Source of the DNA: an uncultured Burkholderiales bacterium
Lineage (GTDB): Bacteria > Pseudomonadota > Gammaproteobacteria > Burkholderiales > CAZDFJ01
DNA: 64,000 nt
Direction: 5' to 3'
NCBI GenBank assembly: GCA_964504875.1
Contig: CAZDFJ010000001.1
Location: forward strand, 43,863-107,862
Below, in pieces: positions 20,317-29,015 of the stretch. The position numbers and the translations under genes were made by a program. Below the pieces are notes generated by a model that saw nothing but the letters and a program-made list of their open reading frames with translations, had not been told where the DNA came from and searched no databases. How positions within the stretch are numbered: the first letter of the stretch is position 1; each line of letters begins with the position of its first letter.

Positions 20317-20449
20317 TTTTACAGCATAATCATCCTGTTCTATTTTAATAATATGAATGATAAAATAGAGCAGGACAAGTTTTTCCTTGCGTACAAAACA
20401 CAGCATCTTTAATTTATTCTTCATTTAAATAAAAAAAACGGAGTCGTTC

Positions 20450-21241
20450 ATGCAACTTGATCAAGCAACTATTTTGAAATTAGCCGAACATATTGACAAT
20501 GCACAGACTAATCATGTTGAAATTCATAAAATTACAGATGATTATCCACAAATGGATTATGAAGATGCTTATGCAATTCAATATGCTTTACGGGAACGCC
20601 AGTTAGCCCGTGGCAACAAAATTGTTGGCTTAAAAATGGGTTTGACCTCCCATGCCAAAATGAAACAAATGGGCGTTGAAAATGCAGTCTATGGTTATTT
20701 ATTAGACAGTTTTGCGTGTCAAGAAGGTGCAGAAATCAGTGTGAGTGACTTAATTCATCCTAAAGTCGAAGCAGAAATTGCTTTTGTTACAAAATCTACT
20801 ATTAAAGGAAAAGGATGTCACATTGGAACAGTGCTTTCCGCCATTGATTTTGTTGTTCCAGCTGTCGAAGTAATTGATTCCCGTTATGAAAACTTCCGTT
20901 TTGATTTAAAAAGCGTGATTGCAGACAATACCTCTGCGGCAAAATTTGTCACAGGCGGACGAATTCGTTCCGTTGACGAATTAGATTTACGAACATTAGG
21001 CGTGGTCGTTGAGAAAAACGGCGAAGTGATGGTCACTGCGGCTGGCGCCGCTGTTTTAGGTCACCCTGCAGCGAGCGTTGCGATGTTAGCGAATTTATTA
21101 GCAGAACGTGGTGAAGATATCCCAGCAGGTACATTTATTATGACAGGTGGGATTACTGAAGCAATTGCTGTGGAAGCGGGCGATAATATTTGTGTGCGTT
21201 TCCAAGATTTAGGTTCATTGACATTAAGATTTGTTGCTTAG
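20450..21241 (+). CDS. dmpH: 4-oxalocrotonate decarboxylase
   Basis: 263 aa. It is the second hydratase/decarboxylase paralogue and lies between dmpG and dmpI, as in the dmp operon. Confidence 0.8.
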   Translation: MQLDQATILKLAEHIDNAQTNHVEIHKITDDYPQMDYEDAYAIQYALRERQLARGNKIVGLKMGLTSHAKMKQMGVENAVYGYLLDSFACQEGAEISVSDLIHPKVEAEIAFVTKSTIKGKGCHIGTVLSAIDFVVPAVEVIDSRYENFRFDLKSVIADNTSAAKFVTGGRIRSVDELDLRTLGVVVEKNGEVMVTAAGAAVLGHPAASVAMLANLLAERGEDIPAGTFIMTGGITEAIAVEAGDNICVRFQDLGSLTLRFVA

Positions 21242-21499
21242 TTTTGTCACTTTTTTAAGTAAAAAGCAAATCTAGATGAGAAAACTTGCAATTTTTTGAT
21301 TTTCCAGTCAAAATCAAATCAGATTCATGAAAAAGCCATGATTTATCATAAATCATGTTTATGACTGACAAGAAAAAAGACTAAGCGGTCTGAACGTAGC
21401 AGCCAAAACTCTCCGTCTTGTAGGCTGGGAAAAAGGCCGTGCAATACGATATTGTCAATATATTTTTAATTTCATGCTAGAAAAATAGAGTACATTATT

Positions 21500-21691
21500 A
21501 TGCCTGTTGCACATATTTATTTATTAGAAGGTCGGACTGAAGAACAAAAGAAAAAACTGATTGAAGCCGTCACAGATGCCATGGTTGAAACAATCGGGGC
21601 CAAACGCGAAGGCGTTCGTATTATTCTTGAAGAAATGAAAAAAGAACACTTTGCAATCGGCGGCGTGACTGCTAAAGATCTAGGACGTTAA
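21500..21691 (+). CDS. dmpI: 4-oxalocrotonate tautomerase
   Basis: 63 aa starting MPVAHIYLLEGRT, with the catalytic Pro1 after Met removal. Size is that of the 4-OT family. Confidence 0.9.
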   Translation: MPVAHIYLLEGRTEEQKKKLIEAVTDAMVETIGAKREGVRIILEEMKKEHFAIGGVTAKDLGR

Positions 21692-21699
21692 TTAAAAAA

Positions 21700-21727
21700 A
21701 ACCGTTGCCAAAAAGGGAACGGTTTTT
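21700..21727 (+). terminator. rho-independent terminator ending the dmp operon
   Basis: Stem AACCGTT (21700-21706) / AACGGTT (21718-21724), followed by a T-run. Confidence 0.7.
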
Positions 21728-22074
21728 ATTCAAACAAAGACGGATAGCGTTTTTGTTTCATTTAAAAAAGACCTTTTTTGGGCCTTTTTTTGTTTTCACG
21801 GCAGGCACACGCCACATAAAAGCCTTCTCTATGAGAGAAGACCAGACTCGATATGTTTCGTTCCATTAGGAACACATTTTTGTTTTTCCTCCCACATCTG
21901 TTGGGAATATTGCAAAATGACAATTTTCTCTCATTATTGAGAAAAAATTGTAAGAGGACATCATAAATGCATATTAATTTGAATAAAATTAATATAATTT
22001 TAGATGTAAAATAATAAAGAGACGAAATAGTATTGTGTGAGACAGACACAAAAAGCACACTCAGGGAGCTTTGA

Positions 22075-23436
22075 ATGATTAAAAAACTCGTAGTGGGATT
22101 ATCACTTGCATTTGTTGGAATGAACACAACCGTGCAAGCGCAAGATTTCAGTGCAAATGGCTGGTTAGGTCGGACACTCTTTGGTGATAAACTTGAAAAA
22201 GAATACGGTATCACGATCGGCGGCTGGGCGGAAATTGGGCTGGCGTACAACAACAATAGCGAACCCAATGGAAACAAAGCGTTAGCAAACTCCCCAGTTG
22301 CCATTAATCGTGACGAAGGCGGCCAATTAAATCAATTGGGTTTATATATCGACAAAAGCATTAATAGCACTGTCATTCCACGTGTTGGACCTTTCCCGGG
22401 CCCTGTGAGTGATAAAGCGGATTTTGGTTTTCATGCCACCATGCTATATGGGCGTGATGCGCAAGTGGTGCAAACTTATGGTTGGGATAGTAATTTAGGA
22501 ACGAATCGAGACGGGATTAATTCCCCTTTTGATCGTCATAATTATTTAACGTTCCCAGAACTTTATGCCAAAATGTATTTGCCCATTGGCCTCGGGGTTT
22601 CTGCTTATGTCGGTAATTTCTTTTCACCTGTTGGAACAGAAATTGGAACCGCAGAACGTCCAACTCCTAATTTCTTTTACACACGAACCTATGCTTTTGT
22701 TAGCTCTCCTATTAAACACACCGGCGCTTTAGTCGCTGCAAATTTAATGCGTAGCGAACAATCTGGTTATCTTTCTGGGGAATTAGGCTTAGTTCGTGGC
22801 TGGAGTAATACACAAGATAATAACAATAGTAATAGTATTATTGGGGCAGTCCGTTGGAGAAGTCCAAACTTAGCAACATGGGTTGATTATGAGTTCATTA
22901 CTGGAAATGAACAAAATGACATGACCCGTGTGAGCACCCCACAAATGCCTGTTTCACGCATTATGTCCCCTCGTGACCAAAACAAAACACATCATGTGTT
23001 AAGTATGTCACATCAATTTGATCCACAATGGCGAGGTGAATTAGCATTTGTTTATGGCAAACAAAAAGGCGATGGGGCACCCGATACGATTGACGCAATT
23101 TATGGCCCAGGATTTAATGGAGCAACTTGGAGTGGTTATACTGCTTCTGTGCTCTATCAACACAAACCTGATTTGGCTTATGGGGCGCGTTTTGAACACT
23201 TTAGTGATAAAGACGGTTTTGCTCTGACAGGAGCAAAAAATGGATGGAATATGGGAGTGAAGAGCGATTACAATGCGTTAACTTTAGGCGCGCGTTGGGA
23301 TGTGAACAAACACGTTACCATTCGTCCAGAATTACGTCATGATTGGCAAAGCAATAACAATGGCCAGAAAGCCTTTGCAGGGGGCACAAAAGATAGCCAA
23401 ACAACCTTGTCTGCTGATTTAGTGATTTATTTCTAA
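22075..23436 (+). CDS. outer-membrane beta-barrel protein (porin-like)
   Basis: 453 aa. Signal peptide ending VQA-QD. Alternating amphipathic, Gly/aromatic-rich strands throughout. C-terminal …LSADLVIYF with a terminal Phe, typical of BAM substrates. Confidence 0.6.
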   Translation: MIKKLVVGLSLAFVGMNTTVQAQDFSANGWLGRTLFGDKLEKEYGITIGGWAEIGLAYNNNSEPNGNKALANSPVAINRDEGGQLNQLGLYIDKSINSTVIPRVGPFPGPVSDKADFGFHATMLYGRDAQVVQTYGWDSNLGTNRDGINSPFDRHNYLTFPELYAKMYLPIGLGVSAYVGNFFSPVGTEIGTAERPTPNFFYTRTYAFVSSPIKHTGALVAANLMRSEQSGYLSGELGLVRGWSNTQDNNNSNSIIGAVRWRSPNLATWVDYEFITGNEQNDMTRVSTPQMPVSRIMSPRDQNKTHHVLSMSHQFDPQWRGELAFVYGKQKGDGAPDTIDAIYGPGFNGATWSGYTASVLYQHKPDLAYGARFEHFSDKDGFALTGAKNGWNMGVKSDYNALTLGARWDVNKHVTIRPELRHDWQSNNNGQKAFAGGTKDSQTTLSADLVIYF

Positions 23437-23466
23437 GCTGAATCAAATTACTACAAAAAAACAAAA

Positions 23467-23494
23467 GGCCCATCAAAATGATGGGCCTTTTTTT
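23467..23494. terminator. bidirectional rho-independent terminator
   Basis: Stem GGCCCATC (23467-23474) / GATGGGCC (23480-23487), with an A-run upstream and a T-run downstream. It lies between convergent genes. Confidence 0.8.
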
Positions 23495-23522
23495 GTGCCA
23501 AGAAAAACTGTTTTAGAACAGA

Positions 23523-24167
23523 TTATTTACCTTTGCGAATCAAACCTAAAGGTGCCCCTAAAGGTAAAATCACGCGGCCAAAATAACTATTCAAGAAGAT
23601 TGCCCCAGCAGTGTAAAAACCGAGTAAAGAAATAATTAATTCGGAGTAAGCTGCTAAGGTTGAACAGAGTTCTTTAGCGATTCCAAATGTTGCCAATGCC
23701 AAGGAGAACAGTAAGACATCAATTAAAACTAAGATGATGGCAAACATTTTGTTCACTTCTAAAGCAGCAACAGTAATAAATAAAGAGAAGAACCCAAAGC
23801 CCATAAAGGCAAAACCAATTTGACGGGGATCGACTTTCTTAGGATCAACCATGCCAAACCATCCTAAACTGATCGCCCAATGCATGGCAACAGCCACCCA
23901 GAATAAACCATATGCGCCTAATACGATTGCACCGAAGTAGTTATTCTTTTTGAAATCAACTGTGGACGCCCAAATTTGTGCTAGAGAACCCAAAAATAAT
24001 GCCCAAGGAATAAGATAAGTAACCCCTTCAGTCCAGTGCATTTTTTGGGAAGCGGCAACAAAAGTCACAACAGATAAACCAAAAACACCTAGTGCAGTTG
24101 GGTCCGCCATAATAATCTTTGTTTCATGAGGTTGTTGAGGCGGTACTGAATTTGGATGATTAGACAT
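23523..24167 (-). CDS. satP: GPR1/FUN34/YaaH-family acetate/succinate channel
   Basis: 214 aa with six predicted TM helices. N-terminal ADPTALGVFGL corresponds to the family NPAPLGL motif. Confidence 0.8.
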   Translation of the reverse strand: MSNHPNSVPPQQPHETKIIMADPTALGVFGLSVVTFVAASQKMHWTEGVTYLIPWALFLGSLAQIWASTVDFKKNNYFGAIVLGAYGLFWVAVAMHWAISLGWFGMVDPKKVDPRQIGFAFMGFGFFSLFITVAALEVNKMFAIILVLIDVLLFSLALATFGIAKELCSTLAAYSELIISLLGFYTAGAIFLNSYFGRVILPLGAPLGLIRKGK

Positions 24168-25167
24168 AATAAATATTCCTGTGTGATAAAAATTAATGTT
24201 GTCTAAACAGAAAAGAGTGTGTGCCCGCTATTACAAAATTTTTTTGCGAAGCAGCATCTTATAATACACTAATTTTTTAATGAAAAAATTAATTTTTTAA
24301 AAAAATTGCGGATTTCAGCAAAAATTTTATAAAAAAGGCTAAATAAGCAAACTTTTATATTGCAGTGCAATATCGGTTTTAGTCTAATATAAAACAAAAA
24401 AAAACACATTTTTTAAACTTTTTTGAAGCTTTTTTTAAATTTAAAAAAATAAGAAAAGAATCTCAAAATAGTCTAAAAAGACAAATAATCGTAAATTTTT
24501 TGGGATAGTGAAATTGACTAGTCTATTTCAAAAAAAAAAGATAGTAAACTATTGATATTATACAAAACTTTAGCATAAAAAGAATCTGCGTTTAATAATA
24601 AAGTTTCTTTTTTGACAAAATCTATTATCTCTTCACTTTTCTGCTCGGTCTAATATTCAAAAACACTTATATAAATATATGCTAATAAACTTGACAGCCC
24701 GCTTAAAATAAGTACATAATGAACGGTTTTGAACACTACATGAAAAGAGCGGGTTGCGGCGCAAAATCAGCGCGTTTGATAAAAAGTGTTCTCTGATTGA
24801 ATGGAGAGCATCAAAAGATTTTTCAAAAAAATTGTTGTGCAAAGCAACAAGGCAAATTTAAATTCGAGTCTGTCTACAAAAACAACACAACCATGTGGTT
24901 TGACAGTGAAGTTTTGAGGTCAATCTGTTGTTTGCGTAAGAAAAGTGTTCAATCAAAAACCGTATTTTTAAGTTGAATTAAGCAATGCAAATGACTACCA
25001 CGTATTTTCTAGTCAGCATTGCCAACAATCATGATTGTATAGATATATAGAGAATCTCTTCTATGGGTTGGTCAATGCACAACAAAATTTCTTCTTTTTC
25101 TTTTCGCTTTTCAGGAAAAGAATGTCATAAAGATATAATCATTTTACGAATTAAATAATTATTAGAC

Positions 25168-26097
25168 ATGATGGTGCAACAGAAACGACCAAAACGTCCC
25201 GTACACGGCGTTTTACTTATTGATAAGCCAAAAGGCATGAGTTCTAACGCAGTTTTACAACGTGTGAAATATCTCATGCAGGCTGAAAAAGCAGGACATA
25301 CTGGAAATTTAGACCCCATGGCAACCGGTGTCTTACCGATTTGCTTAGGAGAGGCGACCAAATTTTCTCAATTTTTATTAGATAGTGATAAAACCTATCG
25401 TGTCCTTGTGAAATTAGGGATTCAAACGACAACAGGAGATGAGGAAGGCGATATTGTGAGCGAACAGCCTGTCCCGCCATTGTCATTGGATGTTCTGAAA
25501 ACGATTTTAAATCAAGTGATAGGCCCGATTTCACAAGTTCCACCCATGTATTCTGCATTAAAGCATAAAGGGAAGCCTTTATACCAATATGCGCGGGCGG
25601 GCATTGAAATCGAACGCGAAGCGCGTCAAATTGTCATTCATCGAATTGACTTTCATCGTTATGACGCAGAAGCCGCCTTACTGGACCTCACCGTACACTG
25701 TAGTAAGGGAACCTATATTCGTGTACTTTGCGAAGAAATTGGGAAACTCATTGGCTGTGGTGCGTATATGGCGGCGTTACGACGTATTCAAGTCAATCAT
25801 TTTTTGATTGCCAATACAATGACGCTCAAACAGCTAGAGGGCTTGGTACAAGCAGGTTTGGATCAAGCCGATGCGCATTTATTGCCACTTGATATTTTAG
25901 TCAACACTTTGCCAGAAGTTGAATTAGACTTAGATAGTAGTCATTATTTTCAACAAGGCCAAGGACTTTGGCAAGCCAAATTACCTGCAACAGGATTAAT
26001 GCGCGTCTATCAAGCAGAAACGCATTTATTTTTAGGTATTGGTTCTATCACACATGATGGACGCCTTAATCCAAAACGTTTAGCGGTCTTGAGTTAA
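25168..26097 (+). CDS. truB: tRNA pseudouridine-55 synthase
   Basis: Carries HGVLLIDKPKGMSSN and the catalytic GHTGNLDPMATGVLPI, with a PUA-like C-terminus. Confidence 0.95.
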   Translation: MMVQQKRPKRPVHGVLLIDKPKGMSSNAVLQRVKYLMQAEKAGHTGNLDPMATGVLPICLGEATKFSQFLLDSDKTYRVLVKLGIQTTTGDEEGDIVSEQPVPPLSLDVLKTILNQVIGPISQVPPMYSALKHKGKPLYQYARAGIEIEREARQIVIHRIDFHRYDAEAALLDLTVHCSKGTYIRVLCEEIGKLIGCGAYMAALRRIQVNHFLIANTMTLKQLEGLVQAGLDQADAHLLPLDILVNTLPEVELDLDSSHYFQQGQGLWQAKLPATGLMRVYQAETHLFLGIGSITHDGRLNPKRLAVLS

Positions 26098-26113
26098 GCG
26101 ATGTATCAAAATG

Positions 26114-26144
26114 AAAAAGCCCCCAATTGGGGGCTTTTTTTTTT
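26114..26144. terminator. bidirectional rho-independent terminator
   Basis: Stem GCCCCC (26119-26124) / GGGGGC (26129-26134), flanked by an A5 run and a T10 run. Confidence 0.8.
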
Positions 26145-26156
26145 AAGAATTAATGA

Positions 26157-26777
26157 TTATTCTTCTTTGAGATGCTGCAAGTGACGCCACACATACCAAA
26201 TAAAAAAAGCACCAAAAACAACCGCAAGGACCAAATGAAATTCATGAAAATAGACTTTTAAATCTTGCCAATGTTCACCAAATTTTAACCCAAACCATGC
26301 CAAAATATAACACCAAATCCATGATCCCACAAAAGTATAAAGACAAAAACGAGTCATATTCATACGGGAAACGCCAGCAGGAAAGGCAATAAATGTCCGT
26401 ACAGCAGGCAACAAACGCCCAACGAAAATAATAATTTCCCCATAACGATTAAAAGCCCGATCCGCAAAAGCTAAATCTTTTTTAGAAATTAAGACATATT
26501 TTCCGTAACGTTCAATCACACTCCGTCCGCCATAGGCTCCCAAATAATACGCAGGAATAGATCCCACTACACAACCAATCGCACCCGCCAAACTGACATA
26601 ATGTAAATTTAATTCCCCTTTAAAAACCAAAAATCCCGCAAAAGGCATAATAATTTCTGAGGGCAAGGGAATACATGCGGATTCAATACCCATGAGTAAA
26701 ATAATTCCCCAATATCCCATGCTAGCAATGATACCCATAATCCACATACTCATTGCAATAATGATTTTTTCGATCAT
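26157..26777 (-). CDS. DedA-family inner-membrane protein
   Basis: Carries the DedA core …GIESACIPLPSEIIMPFAGFL… and …FVGRLLPAVRTFIAFPAGVSRM…. I prefer ATG 26777 (MIEKIII…); the track start at 26849 adds 24 low-complexity residues. Confidence 0.85.
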   Translation of the reverse strand: MIEKIIIAMSMWIMGIIASMGYWGIILLMGIESACIPLPSEIIMPFAGFLVFKGELNLHYVSLAGAIGCVVGSIPAYYLGAYGGRSVIERYGKYVLISKKDLAFADRAFNRYGEIIIFVGRLLPAVRTFIAFPAGVSRMNMTRFCLYTFVGSWIWCYILAWFGLKFGEHWQDLKVYFHEFHLVLAVVFGAFFIWYVWRHLQHLKEE

Positions 26778-26895
26778 ATTAAAATACACCGACAAAAACA
26801 AATTAATAATATATTTTATTTTTAAAACAGACAAAAAAGAGCCCCCCATGTGAGGAGGGCCAAATCGTCATGCTACATGAAGACAGACGTCTAAA

Positions 26896-29004
26896 CTACG
26901 CAGAAGTTTTCAATAAATGCGAAACATCTTCTGCCGAAAGGGGCCGACTGAACACAAAGCCTTGAATTTCATCACATTCATGGACTCTTAAAAAATTCAG
27001 TTGGACTTCAGTTTCGACTCCTTCAGCCGTCACCCGCAATCCTAAACTATGACTCATTGCAATAATGGCTTTCGTAATGGCCATATCGTTTTTACTTTCT
27101 GGAATCGCACTAATAAACGAACTATCAATTTTAATGCGATCAATTGGAAAATGTTTTAGATAACTTAAATTTGAAAAACCCGTCCCAAAATCATCAATCG
27201 AGAGCGAAATGCCTAAGCGTCGTAATTGTTTAAGTGTTTCAATTTTATAATTCATATCATCAATCACAGAGGCTTCTGTCAGCTCAAGCTCGAGCCATTG
27301 CGGATCGAGACGCGTCTCTTGTAAAACCTCTTGAATTAAATCAAATAAATTACGTTGTTTAAATTGAATCGCGGATAAATTTACACTCACACGGACCGGA
27401 GGAAAACCTTGTTCTTGCCATTTTTTGTTTTGGGTACAAGCATGTTTTAAAATCCAGCGGCCAATTTTGACAATCAGTCCCGTTTCTTCTGTTAAGGGGA
27501 TAAAACGAGCAGGAGAAACTAAACCAAGTTGGGGATGTTGCCAACGAATTAAGGCTTCTAATGCTGTGATTTTCCCTGTTTCTAAATCCAATGTCGGTTG
27601 GTAGGTCAAGAAAAATTCATCATTTTCTAAAGCTTTTTGCAATTGTAATTCTAAAGTCAAGCGTTCTAATGCATCGGCCGCCATTTCTTCTGAATAAAAA
27701 TGCATTTGATTACGGCCACTGGTTTTAGAGCGATACATTGCAATATCTGCTTGTTTAATTAATGTATCTACATCACTGGTATTAATGGGGTAAATACTAA
27801 TCCCAATACTTGTTGTGATATAAAATTCTCGACCTTCGTGCTCAAATGGTTGATTCAGTCGTTCCATGACTCGCCGCGCGACAGAACGCACATCTTCTAA
27901 GCGCATGACATTATTGATAATTAACGAAAACTCATCCCCGCCAAGGCGCGCGACCGTGTCTCCTTCCCGAAGGCATAAACTCATTCGTTCTGCCACGTTT
28001 TTAAGTAACGCATCCCCAGTATGATGCCCTAATGTATCATTAATTTCTTTAAAATGATCTAAATCCAAATAAACTAAGGCAAATGGAATTTCTGTTCGAT
28101 TCGAACCGACTGCTGCTTGACTCAACCGATCGCGAAATAAACGCCGATTAGGCAAATCAGTTAGCGGATCATAAAAAGCCAAATGTTGAATATTCGCTTC
28201 ATTTCGCTTACGATCGCTAATATCTTCTAAAATAATTAAACAATATAAAATTTCTGAATCTAATCGCCGGACGGGAGAAATAGACGCCTCGCACCAAAAA
28301 AGCTCGCCTGTTTTATGGCGATGTAAACATTCCCCTTTCCATTCATGCCCTGTCCGTAGTGAATCCCAAATTTCGTCAGCAATGAGATCAGTCGAAGAGT
28401 GATCTGGTTTGAGCAAATACAAATGTGTATTGAGGACTTCTTCTGGTGAAAACTCTGTTAATTTCAACAACTTACGATTGACATACCGAATTTGTTGATG
28501 TTCATCCAATAGATAAATCAAATGCGTATGAGCTTGCTCAATCGCCTCAATTAAAGCCAGTTGATTGGCGTAACTTACATTTGAAATTGATGCATAACGT
28601 AAGACCGCAAAACAATATTCTTTTTGATTTAAAACAAGGTATTGCGCATTGACATCAACGGGCAAATTTTGCCCACTTCGTGTTAATAATGTTGAAAAAA
28701 AATGATGGCCATTCTTTTGATAATGACGTAATTTTTGCCAATATTTTAACCATTCGTCTTTGTTTGCAATTTGCAAATCTAAATCATAAATATGCATGTC
28801 TTGCAATGCTTTTTCCGAATAATCAAGTTTATGACAAAAAGCCTGATTCGCAAAAAGAATACGTCCCGACGAATCAAGCCATAAAATAAAGTCACTCGAA
28901 GCATTAATACTTTGTGTAAATAATGCAAGTAAAGAATCGGAATGCGTATCATCAGAGCAATTTAGTAGGTCTTGCCAATGGATAGGGCTATTCTCTTGAC
29001 TCAT
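26896..29004 (-). CDS. PAS/PAC-GGDEF-EAL signalling protein
   Basis: 702 aa. Two PAS-like regions, an intact GGDEF (ARLGGDEFSLII) and an intact EAL (ALEALIRWQHP … DDFGTG). Confidence 0.9.
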   Translation of the reverse strand: MSQENSPIHWQDLLNCSDDTHSDSLLALFTQSINASSDFILWLDSSGRILFANQAFCHKLDYSEKALQDMHIYDLDLQIANKDEWLKYWQKLRHYQKNGHHFFSTLLTRSGQNLPVDVNAQYLVLNQKEYCFAVLRYASISNVSYANQLALIEAIEQAHTHLIYLLDEHQQIRYVNRKLLKLTEFSPEEVLNTHLYLLKPDHSSTDLIADEIWDSLRTGHEWKGECLHRHKTGELFWCEASISPVRRLDSEILYCLIILEDISDRKRNEANIQHLAFYDPLTDLPNRRLFRDRLSQAAVGSNRTEIPFALVYLDLDHFKEINDTLGHHTGDALLKNVAERMSLCLREGDTVARLGGDEFSLIINNVMRLEDVRSVARRVMERLNQPFEHEGREFYITTSIGISIYPINTSDVDTLIKQADIAMYRSKTSGRNQMHFYSEEMAADALERLTLELQLQKALENDEFFLTYQPTLDLETGKITALEALIRWQHPQLGLVSPARFIPLTEETGLIVKIGRWILKHACTQNKKWQEQGFPPVRVSVNLSAIQFKQRNLFDLIQEVLQETRLDPQWLELELTEASVIDDMNYKIETLKQLRRLGISLSIDDFGTGFSNLSYLKHFPIDRIKIDSSFISAIPESKNDMAITKAIIAMSHSLGLRVTAEGVETEVQLNFLRVHECDEIQGFVFSRPLSAEDVSHLLKTSA

Positions 29005-29015
29005 ATAATTTTTTA

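Noticed and set aside
24754-24767. The 14-nt TTGCGGCGCAAAAT matches the reverse complement of the palindrome upstream of the phenol operon (8394-8410).
   Set aside because: By a rough estimate, about 15 chance 14-mer matches are expected in 64 kb when both strands are considered. Only one half of the palindrome is reproduced, and there is no sigma-54-like promoter nearby.
24657-24842. A 61-aa minus-strand ORF in the satP-truB gap.
   Set aside because: It is an isolated ORF with no RBS, and its composition reflects the AT-rich DNA. I recognise no motif.
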